This document shows positions 10,315-20,532 of a stretch of DNA of 64,000 nt, piece after piece; the stretch's first letter is position 1; each line of letters opens with the position of its first letter. Origin of the DNA: an uncultured Actinomycetes bacterium (GTDB taxonomy: Bacteria; Actinomycetota; Acidimicrobiia; IMCC26256; DASPTH01); assembly GCA_963815405.1 (NCBI GenBank), contig CAWFGR010000005.1:431447-495446 (forward strand), written 5' to 3'. A model generated the notes under the pieces. That model was given only the letters and a program-made list of their open reading frames with translations. It was not told the origin of the DNA and did not search any database. The translations under genes were made by a program, and so were the position numbers.

Positions 10315-11393
10315 CTAGACCTGGCCCTCGACCCCGCCGGGCACGCCGGTGTTGGTCGAGTACTTCGGCTGGAGCTTGGTGTCCGGGCGGATGTGGTGCA
10401 CGGCCTGGGCCACCGCGACCGCGGACTCGGCGAAGCCGGTCGCGATCAGCTTGAGCTTGCCGTCGAAGGTCGTGATGTCGCCGCACGCCCACACGCCGTC
10501 GAGGCTCGTCTTCATCACGCCGTCGACCACGATCGCGCCCTTGGAGATCTCGAAGCCCCACTCCTTGAGCGGGCCGAGCGCGGTCTTGAAGCCGAGCTGG
10601 AGCAGGATGGCGTCGATCTCGAGCTCGACCTCGTTCGCCTCGTCCTCGGAGTGGAAGAGCGTCACCTTCTCGACCTCGCCGTTGCCCGGTCGACCTCCTT
10701 GATCTGGAAGGGCACCTTGAGGTCGACGCGCCCGGCTTCGGCCGCCTCCATCACCTGGCCGACCGTCACCTCGTGGGCGCGGAAGCCCTCGCGGCGATGC
10801 ACGAGCGTGATCGACGCCGCGGTGTCGAGCAGGTTGACGACCCAGTCGCAGGCGGAGTCCCCGCCGCCGACGATCAGCACGTTCTTGCCCGCGAACGCCG
10901 ACTTCTCGCCGACGAGGTAGTGAGCGCCGCGGCCCTCCCACGGAGTCATGTCGTAGCCCGGCAGCTTCTTGGGCTCGAAGGCGCCGTGGCCGCCGGCGAC
11001 GATCACCGTGCGCGAGCGCAGGTCGCCGCGGTCGGTGTGCAGCACGACGATCCGGCGCTCGGGGTCCTCGGGGTCGGGCTCCCAGGAGATCGTCTCGGCG
11101 GTGGTCTCGAGGTGGACCGGCACGTCGAACTGCTCGAGCGCCTGCTCGCGCAGCTTCTCGACGAGGTCGCGCGCGACCACGCGCGGGTAGCCGGGCACGT
11201 CGAAGATCCACTTCTCCGGATACAGCGTCGTGAGCTGGCCGCCGATGTCGGGCAGCGAGTCGATGATGCGCGCCGAGGACTCGCGCATCCCGGCCCAGAA
11301 GGCGGTCGCGAGGCCGACGGGACCGGCTCCGATCACCGTGATGTCGCGGACCTCGTCAAGGTCGCGCGACAGCGAGACTGCGTCGGTCGTCAT
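10315..11393 (-). pseudogene. ferredoxin-NADP+ reductase, thioredoxin-reductase-like type (one frameshift ~10690)
   Basis: 'ITVIGAGPVGLATAFWAGMRESSARIIDSLPDIGGQLTTLYPEKWIFDVPGYP...NVLIVGGGDSACDWVVNLL' continues after a shift as 'GVWACGDITTFDGKLKLIATGFAESAVAVAQAVHHI'. The ATG at 11393 overlaps the hemQ stop (ATGA). Confidence 0.85.
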
Positions 11394-12088
11394 GCCAGCG
11401 TCTCGATCGAGAGCGCCTCGCCGTCGAGCGCGTTGAGCGCGCGCTCGGCGGAGGCGGCGATGCACGTGAAGGTCGGTGTGTCGCGCAGCGTGTACGAGCT
11501 CGACTCGGTCGTGCGCAGGCGCTGGACGAGGTCGAGGAACTCGGCCGGGTCGTCGCCCTCGAAGGCGACCACGAACTCCTGGTCGTCCAGCCCGAAGGAA
11601 TAGGACGTGTTCAGGTCGATCGACGGGTACTCGCGGCCCATCTTGATGTGCTCCTGCATGATCCGGTAGCGCTCGTCGGCAGGCAGCGCGTACCACGCGC
11701 GCGTCTTGACGAACGGGTAGACGAAGAGGTACTTCGACTGCCCGGGGCGAACCTCGAGGCGGGACTCGTCCGAGTACTCCGACGCCTTGGTCATGGCCAG
11801 GAAGGAGTAGGGGATCTCGCACCACTTCATCACGCCGCTCTGGGCCAGCAGGACGTGGAACTCGTGGATGTGGTCGAGGCTCTGGCTCTGGGAGAGCAAG
11901 AGCAGGTCCGCGTCGCCGCGCGTCCCCACCAGGGAGAATGTCCGCAGCAGGTGGTGCTCGCCCTCCGCGAAGTCCTGGCAGGCGGCGAGGAACTCGCGCT
12001 TGTCGCGGGACCGCTGCTCAACGTCGAGCCGGCGCCAGGCCGGATCGATCTTCAGGAAGGTGTACTTGACGAAGTGTCGGGCGGGCAT
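11390..12088 (-). CDS. hemQ: chlorite-dismutase-family heme-biosynthesis protein (coproheme decarboxylase HemQ/ChdC)
   Basis: Intact 232-aa reading from ATG 12088: 'MPARHFVKYTFLKIDPAWRRL..LLLLSQSQSLDHIHEFHVLLAQSG..YLFVYPFVKTRAWYALPADERYRIMQEHIKMGREYPSIDLNTSYSFGLDDQEFVVAFEGDDPAEFLDLVQRLRTTESS'. Confidence 0.85.
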   Translation of the reverse strand: MPARHFVKYTFLKIDPAWRRLDVEQRSRDKREFLAACQDFAEGEHHLLRTFSLVGTRGDADLLLLSQSQSLDHIHEFHVLLAQSGVMKWCEIPYSFLAMTKASEYSDESRLEVRPGQSKYLFVYPFVKTRAWYALPADERYRIMQEHIKMGREYPSIDLNTSYSFGLDDQEFVVAFEGDDPAEFLDLVQRLRTTESSSYTLRDTPTFTCIAASAERALNALDGEALSIETLA

Positions 12089-14176
12089 GTGCAAAGACCC
12101 CTGCTGAGAAGGAAGAGGATAGCCGTGGCCGCCTGCGCGGCCGCTGTGGGTGGGCTGGGACTTCTCCCCGGGACGGCGCTCGCGCAGCCCCGCGCGGTGA
12201 TCGCGTTCCTCCCCGCGATCGAGCGCGCCCCGCTGCCCGATAACGCCTCCCAGGAGCAGAAGGACGCCCGCAAGGCGCTCTTCGAGCGCGAGTCCACGCT
12301 CAACCAGCTCGCGCAGCGCCCGCAGCTCGCGCTCGGCTTCGACGGCGCGACCCAGGGCGCCTACTCGCGAGTTCAGGCGCTCCTGGACCTGACCCAGGGC
12401 ACGCGCGTGTCCAAGGCGGCGTACAAGCCGCCCGCGCCGCCCGAGCTGGGCTTCGTGGTCTCCGGCGGCGCGGGGCGCATCCTCGACTGGGCGCTGGCCG
12501 CCAGCCGCGCCGAGAAGGCCCCGGCCGACACCATCCCCGGCCTGCTCGCCGGCTCGATCCCCGGCGGGGCGGGCTACGTGGGCATCAGCGGGCAGGGCCA
12601 GCCGTGGGCGATCGCCGCCGCGGACCGGCGCGGGCGCATCGCCGAGGTCTCGCTGGGAACGGGGCGCTCGGTGGGCGAGCGGGTGCAGCGCGTGCTGGCG
12701 AACCGGCGGCTGGTCGTCGCCTCGCTGGCCGCCGGCCCCCTCGGCGCCCGAGCGCTCGACGAGATCCTCGCCGGCCGTGCGCGCGACGAGCTGGTGATCG
12801 CCGTGAAGGCGCCTCCGGACCGCTTCTCGCCCCAGCTCCTGCCGATGGGGATCGCCGGGCTGAACGAGGCCAACGGCGGCCTGACGTCCGATACCACGCG
12901 GCGGCAGTACATCATCGCCGGCATCGACGTCCTGCCGACGGTGCTCGAGCACCTCGGGATCGCCGTGCCCGACAAGGTGATCGGCCAGGCCATCCGCGTG
13001 CAGGGCGACCGCGACGTCGACGCGATGCGCGCGATCGAGGGCCGCCTGCGCGTGATCAACGGGCGCCGGATCCCGGCGCTGAAGATCTTCCTCGAGGCGT
13101 GGCTGGCGCTGCTGATCGCGCTGCGCCTGGCGGCCGGGCGCCCCGGGATGCGCTTCGCCAACCGCGTCGGCGCGCTCGGCCTGCTGTGGGTGCCCTCGGT
13201 GCTGCTGGTCACCGCGGCGCTGGCGCCGTCGCGCAACGTGGAGTTCGCGATCGTGACCGTGGGCTGCCTGAGCCTGGGAGCCCTGACCGACGCGCTCTTG
13301 CCCTGGCCGCGCGGACCGCTCTTGCCCGCGCTGGTCGGCCTCGCGGCGTACACGATCGACCTCGCCAACGACTCGACGCTGATCGTGCAGTCGCTGCTGG
13401 GCCCCAACCCGCGCTTCGGCTCGCGCTACTACGGCCTGGGCAACGAGCTCGAGGCGTCGCTACCGATCCTGATGCTCTTCGGGCTGGCGGCCGTGATGAC
13501 CCTGCGCGACGGCCCGGGCCGCGAGCTGCGCACGCGCCGCGGCGCGATCACCTTCGCCGGCTGCGGGCTGGTGCTCGGCATCGTCATGGCGTCGGGCCGC
13601 CTGGGCGCCGACGTCGGCGCGGTCTTCACGGTCGGCGCGGCGGCCGCGGGCGCGACGCTTCTCATGCTCCCCGGCGGCATCACCCGCCGCGCCCTGGCGC
13701 TCGCGATCGCGGTCCCCGCGCTCGGCCTCGCCGCGCTTGCCGCGCTCGACCTCGCGACCGGCGGCAACTCGCACTTCACGCGCTCGATCCTGCACGACCA
13801 CGGCGGCGGCCACCTCTTCGACACCGTCACACGCCGCTACCGACTCGCGTTCAGCCAGTTCAAGCGCGGGCTGATGCCGTTCCTGACCGTGCTCTCGATC
13901 GGCTTCGCGGTGCTCGGCGTGCGCCGTCGCGTCGAGCTGTTCGTCGCCCTGCGCGGCTCCCCGCCCTGGGAGGCGGCGTTCGGGGGTGCGCTGGCGGCCT
14001 CGGTCGCGGGGGCGCTGTTCAACGACTCAGGGCCGCTCCTGTTCGTGTTCGGGATGGTGATCATCGCCTTCATGACGCTCTACGCCCGGGCCGTGCCTGC
14101 CGCCCGGGCAGCGGAGACCGAGCAGGAGTCTGCGCGCCCGCCCCGAAGCGCGCTGGCTCCCGCGAACACCCGGTAA
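12089..14176 (+). CDS. large membrane protein: signal peptide, extracytoplasmic domain (possibly degenerate alkaline-phosphatase-like), C-terminal multi-TM domain
   Basis: Intact ~695-codon frame. GTG at 12089 gives 'QRPLLRRKRIAVAACAAAVGGLGLLPGTALA/QP'. The ectodomain ends with 'TTRRQYIIAGIDVLPTVLEHLGI', followed by about 9-10 hydrophobic segments. An alternative start is GTG 12125. Confidence 0.6.
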   Translation: MQRPLLRRKRIAVAACAAAVGGLGLLPGTALAQPRAVIAFLPAIERAPLPDNASQEQKDARKALFERESTLNQLAQRPQLALGFDGATQGAYSRVQALLDLTQGTRVSKAAYKPPAPPELGFVVSGGAGRILDWALAASRAEKAPADTIPGLLAGSIPGGAGYVGISGQGQPWAIAAADRRGRIAEVSLGTGRSVGERVQRVLANRRLVVASLAAGPLGARALDEILAGRARDELVIAVKAPPDRFSPQLLPMGIAGLNEANGGLTSDTTRRQYIIAGIDVLPTVLEHLGIAVPDKVIGQAIRVQGDRDVDAMRAIEGRLRVINGRRIPALKIFLEAWLALLIALRLAAGRPGMRFANRVGALGLLWVPSVLLVTAALAPSRNVEFAIVTVGCLSLGALTDALLPWPRGPLLPALVGLAAYTIDLANDSTLIVQSLLGPNPRFGSRYYGLGNELEASLPILMLFGLAAVMTLRDGPGRELRTRRGAITFAGCGLVLGIVMASGRLGADVGAVFTVGAAAAGATLLMLPGGITRRALALAIAVPALGLAALAALDLATGGNSHFTRSILHDHGGGHLFDTVTRRYRLAFSQFKRGLMPFLTVLSIGFAVLGVRRRVELFVALRGSPPWEAAFGGALAASVAGALFNDSGPLLFVFGMVIIAFMTLYARAVPAARAAETEQESARPPRSALAPANTR

Positions 14177-14177
14177 G

Positions 14178-14192
14178 CGCCCCTACGGGGCG
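14178..14192 (+). terminator. short GC hairpin right after the TAA stop (weak terminator candidate)
   Basis: CGCCCC-TAC-GGGGCG lies 2 nt after the stop at 14174-14176. There is no U-tract. Confidence 0.3.
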
Positions 14193-14218
14193 GGGAGGGC
14201 CGTTGGTACGATCCCCAT

Positions 14219-15420
14219 GTGCGTATCGCCCTGGTGTCCCCCTATTCGTGGACGTATCCGGGGGGCGTGACCCGCCACATCGAGGCCCTCGCGGATGAGT
14301 TCGCCGACGGCGGTCATGAAGTGAGGGTGCTGGCGCCGTTCGATCCGGACGACCGCCTGTCCGCCCGGCTCCACCGTGGCGCGCGGCCAGAGCCGCGGCG
14401 CGGCTCCCGACTACCTGGTCCCGCTCGGGCGCACGATCGGCTACCCGATGAACGGGGCCGTCTCGAACCTCGCCGCGCACGCCGACCGCGGTCGTGCGCA
14501 TGCGCCGCGAGCTGCGAGCAGGGCGACTACGACGTCGTCCACCTCCACGAGCCGATCGCCCCGGCGCTGTGCTGGGACGCGCTGACCTCCGCGCGCGTGC
14601 CGCTGGTCGGCACGTTCCACTGCTACTCGGAGAACCGGGTCTCCAACAACGTCGCGAACCTGCTCGGCGCGCGCCAGGCTGCTCAACCACCTGAGCATGC
14701 GCATCGCGGTGTCCGAGGCCGCCGCCTGGACCGGCCGGCGCTTCTTCGGCGGCGCGCTACCGGATCATCCCCAACGGTGTCGACCTCGCCGCCGCGCGCG
14801 CCGCGCCCGTGCCGGTGTCCCGATGAGGCGCGCGCCGGCCGCTGCGCATCGTGTTCGTCGGCCAGGCCGTCGAGCGCAAGGGCCTGCCGATCCTGCTGCG
14901 CGCCTTCGAGGCGCTGCGCGAGCACATCCCCGCCGAGCTGACGATCATCGGCGCCGACCGCGAGGCAGTCGAGCCGGTCGTGCTCGACGAGCAGGGGCAT
15001 CGTCGCGCTCGGGCAAGGTCGCCGACGACGAGCAGAAGCGGTCGCTCTGCGCGCGGCCGACGTGCTCTGCGCGCCGTCGCTCGGCGGCGAGAGTTCGGCA
15101 TGATCCTGACCGAGGCGTTCGCCGCCGGCACGCCGGTCGTCGCCTCCGACATCGCCGGCTACCGCGACGTGGTCCGCGATGGCGAGGACGGCATGCTGGT
15201 GCCCGCGTGGCGACGCCGATCGAGCTCGCCGAGGCGCTGCGCGACCTGTGGCTCGAGCCAGAGCGCCGCGGGCCGAGCTGGCCGCGGGCGCCGAGCGAGC
15301 GCGCGCGCGCTACGCCTGGCCGCGCGTCGCCGCACGACGTGCTCGAGCGCCTACGAGGATGCGGTCGCCGTGCCCGGCCCGGACGGCCGCGTGGCACGCG
15401 CCGCGGTGCGCATCGGGCTC
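14219..15420 (+). pseudogene. GT4-family glycosyltransferase (PimA-like), multiply frameshifted
   Basis: Fragments are 'MRIALVSPYSWTYPGGVTRHIEALADEFADGGHEVRVLAPFDP', 'DYDVVHLHEPIAPALCWDALTSARVPLVGTFHCY', 'RIVFVGQAVERKGLPILLRAFEALREHIPAELTIIGA' and 'ESFGMILTEAFAAGTPVVASDIAGYRDVVRDGEDGMLVP'. They lie in at least 5 different frame segments. The 3' end is approximate. Confidence 0.8.
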
Positions 15421-15439
15421 GTGCCGGCCGACATCGAAG

Positions 15440-16598
15440 CCCAAGCAGCCCGCCCGGCGCCTGCCGACACTCGAGCCCGCGCCCGAGGGGAGCCGCAAGC
15501 CGGCCGTCGCCGGCCGCGCGCCGGGCCGCGTTCGCGGTCGCCACCGCCAGCGGCATCGCTGCTTGACGCTGCTCGCGCTCCAGCGGATCGGCATCGAAGC
15601 ATCGGCCGCACGCTGCTGCGACTCGAGCCCCGCCTGGGTGCTCATCGGCCTCGGCGCTGATGTGCACCTCGATGGTCACTGCGTGCGCTGTCCTGGCACG
15701 CGATCCTGCAGCGCCGCGCTGCCCGACGCCCGCGTCGCGCGCTCGCGCGATGCGATGCAGGGAACCTTCATCGGCGTGCTGATGTCGGCCACGCTGCCCG
15801 CCCGCCTGGGCGAGCCCTCGCGCGCGCTCGATCGTCGCGCGCCGGCTGGGCCGCGTCCGCGAAGCGCTTCCCGATCGTGCTCGGCACGCTCGTCTCCCAG
15901 ACGCTGCTGAACATCCTCGCGCTGGTGATCCTGGGCATCGTCGATGTTCTCGTCCGTGGGCATGTTCCACGGCCACGAGGGCGCGCTCGCTCGTCGCGAT
16001 CGCGCCGCTGGCGGTGCTGGTCGCGGTGCTCGTCGCGCCGGCCATCCTGCGCGCGGGGCGGCGCTCGCGCTCGGCGCGCGTGCATGAGCACGTGGTCCAG
16101 GCGCGCCGCGCGCTCGTGCGCGTGCGCCGCGGCCTGATCGTGTTCCGCCGCCCGCGCCTGGGCGCCGTCGGCCGGCGGCGCCCAGCTCAGCGGCGTGGGC
16201 GATCCAGTGCCTGTCCTGCTACGTGCTGCTCGTCGCGCTCGGCCTCGACGACCGCGCGGGCCTCGGCGCGGCGGCCGCGGTGCTGTTCGCCGTCAACGTC
16301 ACCGCCGTGCTGCCGGCCACGCCGTCGAACGTCGGCGTCTTCCAGGCGGCCTGCGTCGCGGTGCTGACCGGCGCCTACGGCGTGTCCTAGGCCGACGCGC
16401 TGGGCTACGGGATCATCCTCCAGGCGCGTCGAGGTCGCGACCGCGGTGATCATGGGGATGCCCGCGCTGGTCAAGGAGGGGCTGTCCTGGCGCGACGTCC
16501 GCCTGCGCGCGCTGCACGCGGCGCCCGTGCAGCTTCCCGATCGTGCGGGTGCGCGGCGCGGCGACGGGATCGAGGCGCTGAGGGAGAGCACGGGGTGA
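15440..16598 (+). pseudogene. flippase-like / lysylphosphatidylglycerol-synthase-TM-region (UPF0104) membrane protein, multiply frameshifted
   Basis: Fragments are 'GTFIGVLMSATLPARLGEPSRA', 'VLGTLVSQTLLNILALVILGIV', 'AVNVTAVLPATPSNVGVFQAACVAVLTGAYGVS' and 'ALGYGIILQA..ATAVIMGMPALVKEGLSWRDV'. TGA is at 16596-16598 and the 5' end is approximate. Confidence 0.55.
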
Positions 16599-16645
16599 CC
16601 GGCTGACGTCGAGCCCGGAGTGGTGCTCGACGGAAGGCGACCGGC

Positions 16646-19600
16646 TCAGGCGGGCGCCGCGTCAGCGAGCTCGACCCCGAGCTCGGCGTAGACCGCCTCG
16701 CCCTCGGTGCCGTCTTCGCCGCCGAGCAACAGCGCGGTTCGTGCCGCCTGGTAGCGCGCGCCGATCTCGCTTGAGGACGTCAGCGCCTCGCGGATCCGGG
16801 CCTCCTCGCCCTCGAGCAAGCCGTGCGTCCGCAGGTTGATCGCCTGGGCGAAGCGGTCCGCGTCGGCCCAGCGCTCGGCCTCGTGGAGGACCTCCGCCGC
16901 TCGTCGCTCCCCGCACGCGCCAGCGCCTCCGCGTGGGTCGCCTCATACAGCGAGCGCCACCAGTTGCTCTGCGATGGCGGGCGCGCTCGAGCAGGCCCGA
17001 CGGCCGCGTCCACGCAGCCGTGGTGGAGCTCCACGTCGGCGCGCAGCGCCTGGACCCACATGCTGGTCGTCCCGACGTGGCCCATCAGGGCGGCGGTGAA
17101 GTCGAACCAGTCCGTGGCGCCGATGTCGTCGCCGCGGTAGCCGAGGATCGCGCCCACCGGCGCGCAGGAGGAGGCGAGGAAGGCGGCGTACGGGCGGCGC
17201 GCCCGCTTCCAGGCCGCGCGCATCTGGTCCGCGTCGGCGAGCACCCGGTCCCAATCGCCGAGGAAGAACCGCGGCGCGAGCCCGCGCGAATGCGCGATCC
17301 AGTCGAGGTCGTGAGCGAGCTCGAGCTCGCGGGCGCGCTCGTGCCACTCGAGCGCCTCCCGAAGCGGCTCGTCCGCATCAGGGTCGTCGCGATCATCGCG
17401 AGGATGTCGATGCGCTCGAAGACCGCGCCCTTCGAGTCGGCGGGGAGGCGGTCGAGGAGGTCCGCGCGCTCCCGGGCGAAGCCGCGCCGGTCCCGAGGCG
17501 CCCGGCCTCCTCCTCGGCCGCCATGGCGGCGTCGAGCGCGCCCGAGAGCACGTAGACGTTGTCGCCCTGGCGCGCGAGCGCGACCGCCTCGGTCGCCGCC
17601 TTGAGCATCGCCTCGGGGTCCTTGCCGCGCCAGTGCAGCCACGCCTCGTCGGCGAGCAGGCGCGCGCGGGCGTCGATGGCGTCGGGCGGCGTGAGCTCGC
17701 GGGCGCGCTCGATCAGGCGCTCCTGCTCCTCCAGCGGCGGTGCGTCGGCGGTCAGCCCGCCGAAGCGCGACGCCGTCTCGACCACGCGGGCGAAGTTCGC
17801 GGCGGCGGCCGCCGCGTCCCCGGCCGCCTCGGCGGCCTCGCCGGCGGCCCGGTAGAGGTCGAGCGCCTCGGCTCCGCGGAAGCGCTGCTTGGCGATCTCC
17901 GCCGCGGAGCGCAGCACGGGCACCGCATCGGCAGGCGCGGCCGCGTGCTCGGCCGCCTGCTCGAAGAGGTGCTGGGCGCGGCTGGTGGCGCCGCGGCGCA
18001 GGGCGGCCTCGGCCGCGATGACGCTCGCCTCGAAGGCGCGGGCCTCACGGTCGGCGGTCGGCGCCAGGCTGGCGGCGCGTTCGAGGTGGAAGGCGACGAG
18101 CTCCGCGAGCTCGGCGTGACGCTCACCGGCCGCCTGGTCGAGCCAGTCGGCGGCGTGCTCATGCAGGTCCCGCCGCAGGCTGCGCGGCAGCGCCTTGTAG
18201 GCGACGTCGCGCACGAGCCCGTGGCGGAAGCCGTAGATCCCGGCGCCGTCGGCGACCCGCTCCTGGAGCAGTTCCCGGCGCACGAGCTCGCCGAGCGCGG
18301 CACTCGGGGGCCGGCCGCCGAGCAGGTCGGCGAGCGCCTGGGTGCGGAAGGTCTGCCCGAGCACCGCCGCGTACTGGAGCACGCGCTTCTCGTCGGCGGG
18401 AAGCTGGTCGATGCGCGCGGCGATCGCGGCCTGCACGGTGTCGGGCAGCCGGCCGCCGTCGCTGCCGCCCGAGTTGGCCACCTGGCGCGCGATCTCCTCC
18501 TCGAAGAACGGGTTGCCGCCGGCGGCGGCCGCGACCTCCGCGGCGCGGTGGCGCGCCTCGGGCGGCAGCAGCTCGCGCGCGAGCTGGTCGCCGTCGGCGG
18601 GCCGCAGCGGGCGCAGCTCGAGCAGCGTGGCGTTGCGCGAGCCCCGGCCCCACGTGGTTCGGCGCTCCAGCAGCTCGGAACGGCTCGCGCACAGGGCGAC
18701 GATCGGCGCGTCCTCGAGCCCGTGGGTGATCGACTCGATGAGGTCGAGCACGCCCGAGTCCGCCCAGTGCAGGTCGTCGAGCACGAGCACCAGCGGCTGC
18801 TCGGCGGCGAGGAGGCCGGCCAGCCGGCGCCACGCGCGCTCCAGGCGCTCCTGGACGCCGCCCTCGCCCTCGAGCGACTCGAGCGCCGAGCCGGCGCCCA
18901 GCGCGCGGCGAACACGGCGGCAAGCTCCTCCGCGTCGGGCGCGCCCAGCTCGACGAGGCGCGCGGCGAGGGCCTCCTGCACGCGGCGGGGGGCGCGTCGG
19001 CCTCGGTTCCCGCCGCCTGGCGCAGGATCTCGCCGAGCGCCCAGAAGGCGATGCCCCGGCCGTAGGGCAGGTTGCGCCCCACCAGCACGCGCGGCGGCGC
19101 CGGGCGAGTCGCGCAGCTCGGCGATCAGCTCCTCGAGCAGGCGGGTCTTGCCGATGCCGGCGTCGCCGAGCAGCGTGACGAGCTGGGGCACGTGCTCGCG
19201 AAACGCCCGCCGGGTGACGAGGCGCAGCAGGTCGAGGTCGTCGTCGCGCCCGACGAGCGGGGCGACACGGCGGGGCTCGGGAACGTCCATGACGGCGACG
19301 GCCTGGAAGGCGCGCAGCGGCTCGTCCAGGCCCTTGGCCGGGACGGGGTCGACCTCGCGCATCACGATCGACCGGACGCGCGCGCGGTGCGCTCGCCGAG
19401 GATGACCTGGCCGGGCCGGGCGTGCTGCTGCAGGCGCGCGGCGACGTTCACCGGCGCGCCGGTGACCGAGAGGTCGGCGCTGGAATCGGGGGAGACGAGC
19501 ACCTCGCCGGTGTTCACTCCCACGCGGATCGCCAGGTTGCCGTCGAGCTGGGCCACGCGCTCGACGAGCTCCAGGCCGGCCCGGGCCGCCCTGTCGGGAT

Positions 19601-19904
19601 CGTCGCCGTAGGCGACCGGCGCGCCGAAGACGGCCATCACCGCGTCGCCGATGTACTTCTCGACGGTGCCGCCGTGCTCCTCGAGGACCTCGCGGGCGGC
19701 GTCGAAGAAGCGGCCGAGCACCGCGCGCAGCTCCTCGGGGTCGCGGCCGCTGGCCAGCGCGGTCGACCCGACGAGGTCGGCGAAGAGCATCGTGGCGAGC
19801 CGGCGCTCGGCGCCGAGCGGCGTGGCGAGCGCGGTGCCGCACTCCGGGCAGAACCGGGCGCCGACAGGCAGTTCGGCGCCGCAATGAGAACAGGCGTCGG
19901 CCAT
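16646..19904 (-). pseudogene. multidomain signalling protein: zinc-ribbon + class III adenylate/guanylate cyclase + AAA/STAND ATPase + helical-repeat C-terminus; frameshifted at both ends of a clean 1.4 kb core
   Basis: The N-terminus is 'MADACSHCGAELPVGARFCPECG..RRLATMLFADLVGSTAL..KYIGDAVMAVFGAPVAYGDDPDRAARAGLELV..IRVGVNTGEVLV'. A P-loop 'VTLLGDAGIGKTRLLEEL' follows, then ORF 17393..18790 ('LVLDDLHWADSGVLDLIE...'). The tail ends '..SSEIGARYQAARTALLLGGEDGTEGEAVYAELGVELADAAPA*'. Confidence 0.8.
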
Positions 19905-19967
19905 GACACGACCATAGCCAGCATCGCGCTGCGCCGGATTCCCGCGCGCGGATAAGATCGGCGACCG

Positions 19968-20381
19968 ATGGCGGTCACCGCCGACAGGCTCCGCAAGGTT
20001 CCGCTCTTCTCCGGGCTCTCGGAGCGGGACCTCGCGCACCTCGCCGCAACGATGCGCGAGCGCACCTACTCCGAGGGTGCCGCGGTCACCGCCGAGGGCG
20101 GGCGCGGCAGCTGGTTCTTCGTGATCGAGGAGGGCAACGCCGACGTCGTCGTCGACGGCAGCAAGGTCGGCACCCTCGGCCCCGGCGACCACTTCGGCGA
20201 GATCGCCCTCATCGACGAGGGCAAGCGCACCGCCTCGGTGATCGCCGCCACCGACCTGCGCTGCTGGGTCCTCCCGCCCTGGGAGTTCCGCCCCTGGGTG
20301 AAGGAGAACCCGAGGTCGGCGTGGGCGCTGCTGGAGACGCTGGCCAAGCGCCTCCGGGCCGCCGAGCAGCGGGTCGACTAG
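19968..20381 (+). CDS. stand-alone cyclic-nucleotide-binding domain protein
   Basis: Intact 137-aa ORF: 'LRKVPLFSGLSERDLAHLAATMRERTYSEGAAVTAEG..FFVIEEGNADVVVDG..LGPGDHFGEIALIDEGKRTASVIA'. Confidence 0.85.
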   Translation: MAVTADRLRKVPLFSGLSERDLAHLAATMRERTYSEGAAVTAEGGRGSWFFVIEEGNADVVVDGSKVGTLGPGDHFGEIALIDEGKRTASVIAATDLRCWVLPPWEFRPWVKENPRSAWALLETLAKRLRAAEQRVD

Positions 20382-20532
20382 GCGGCGCGATTTCGGATTC
20401 TGCGGATGCAACCTTGCGCCAAGCGCGTCCGATTGTTGAGCCGGCAGCGCGAAGCGGCTGATGCCGGTTGGCCATGAGATCAGTCGCTCTGTGGAACCGG
20501 GCGCTGGCCAGCCAGTCGGTTCGCGGTTCGGG

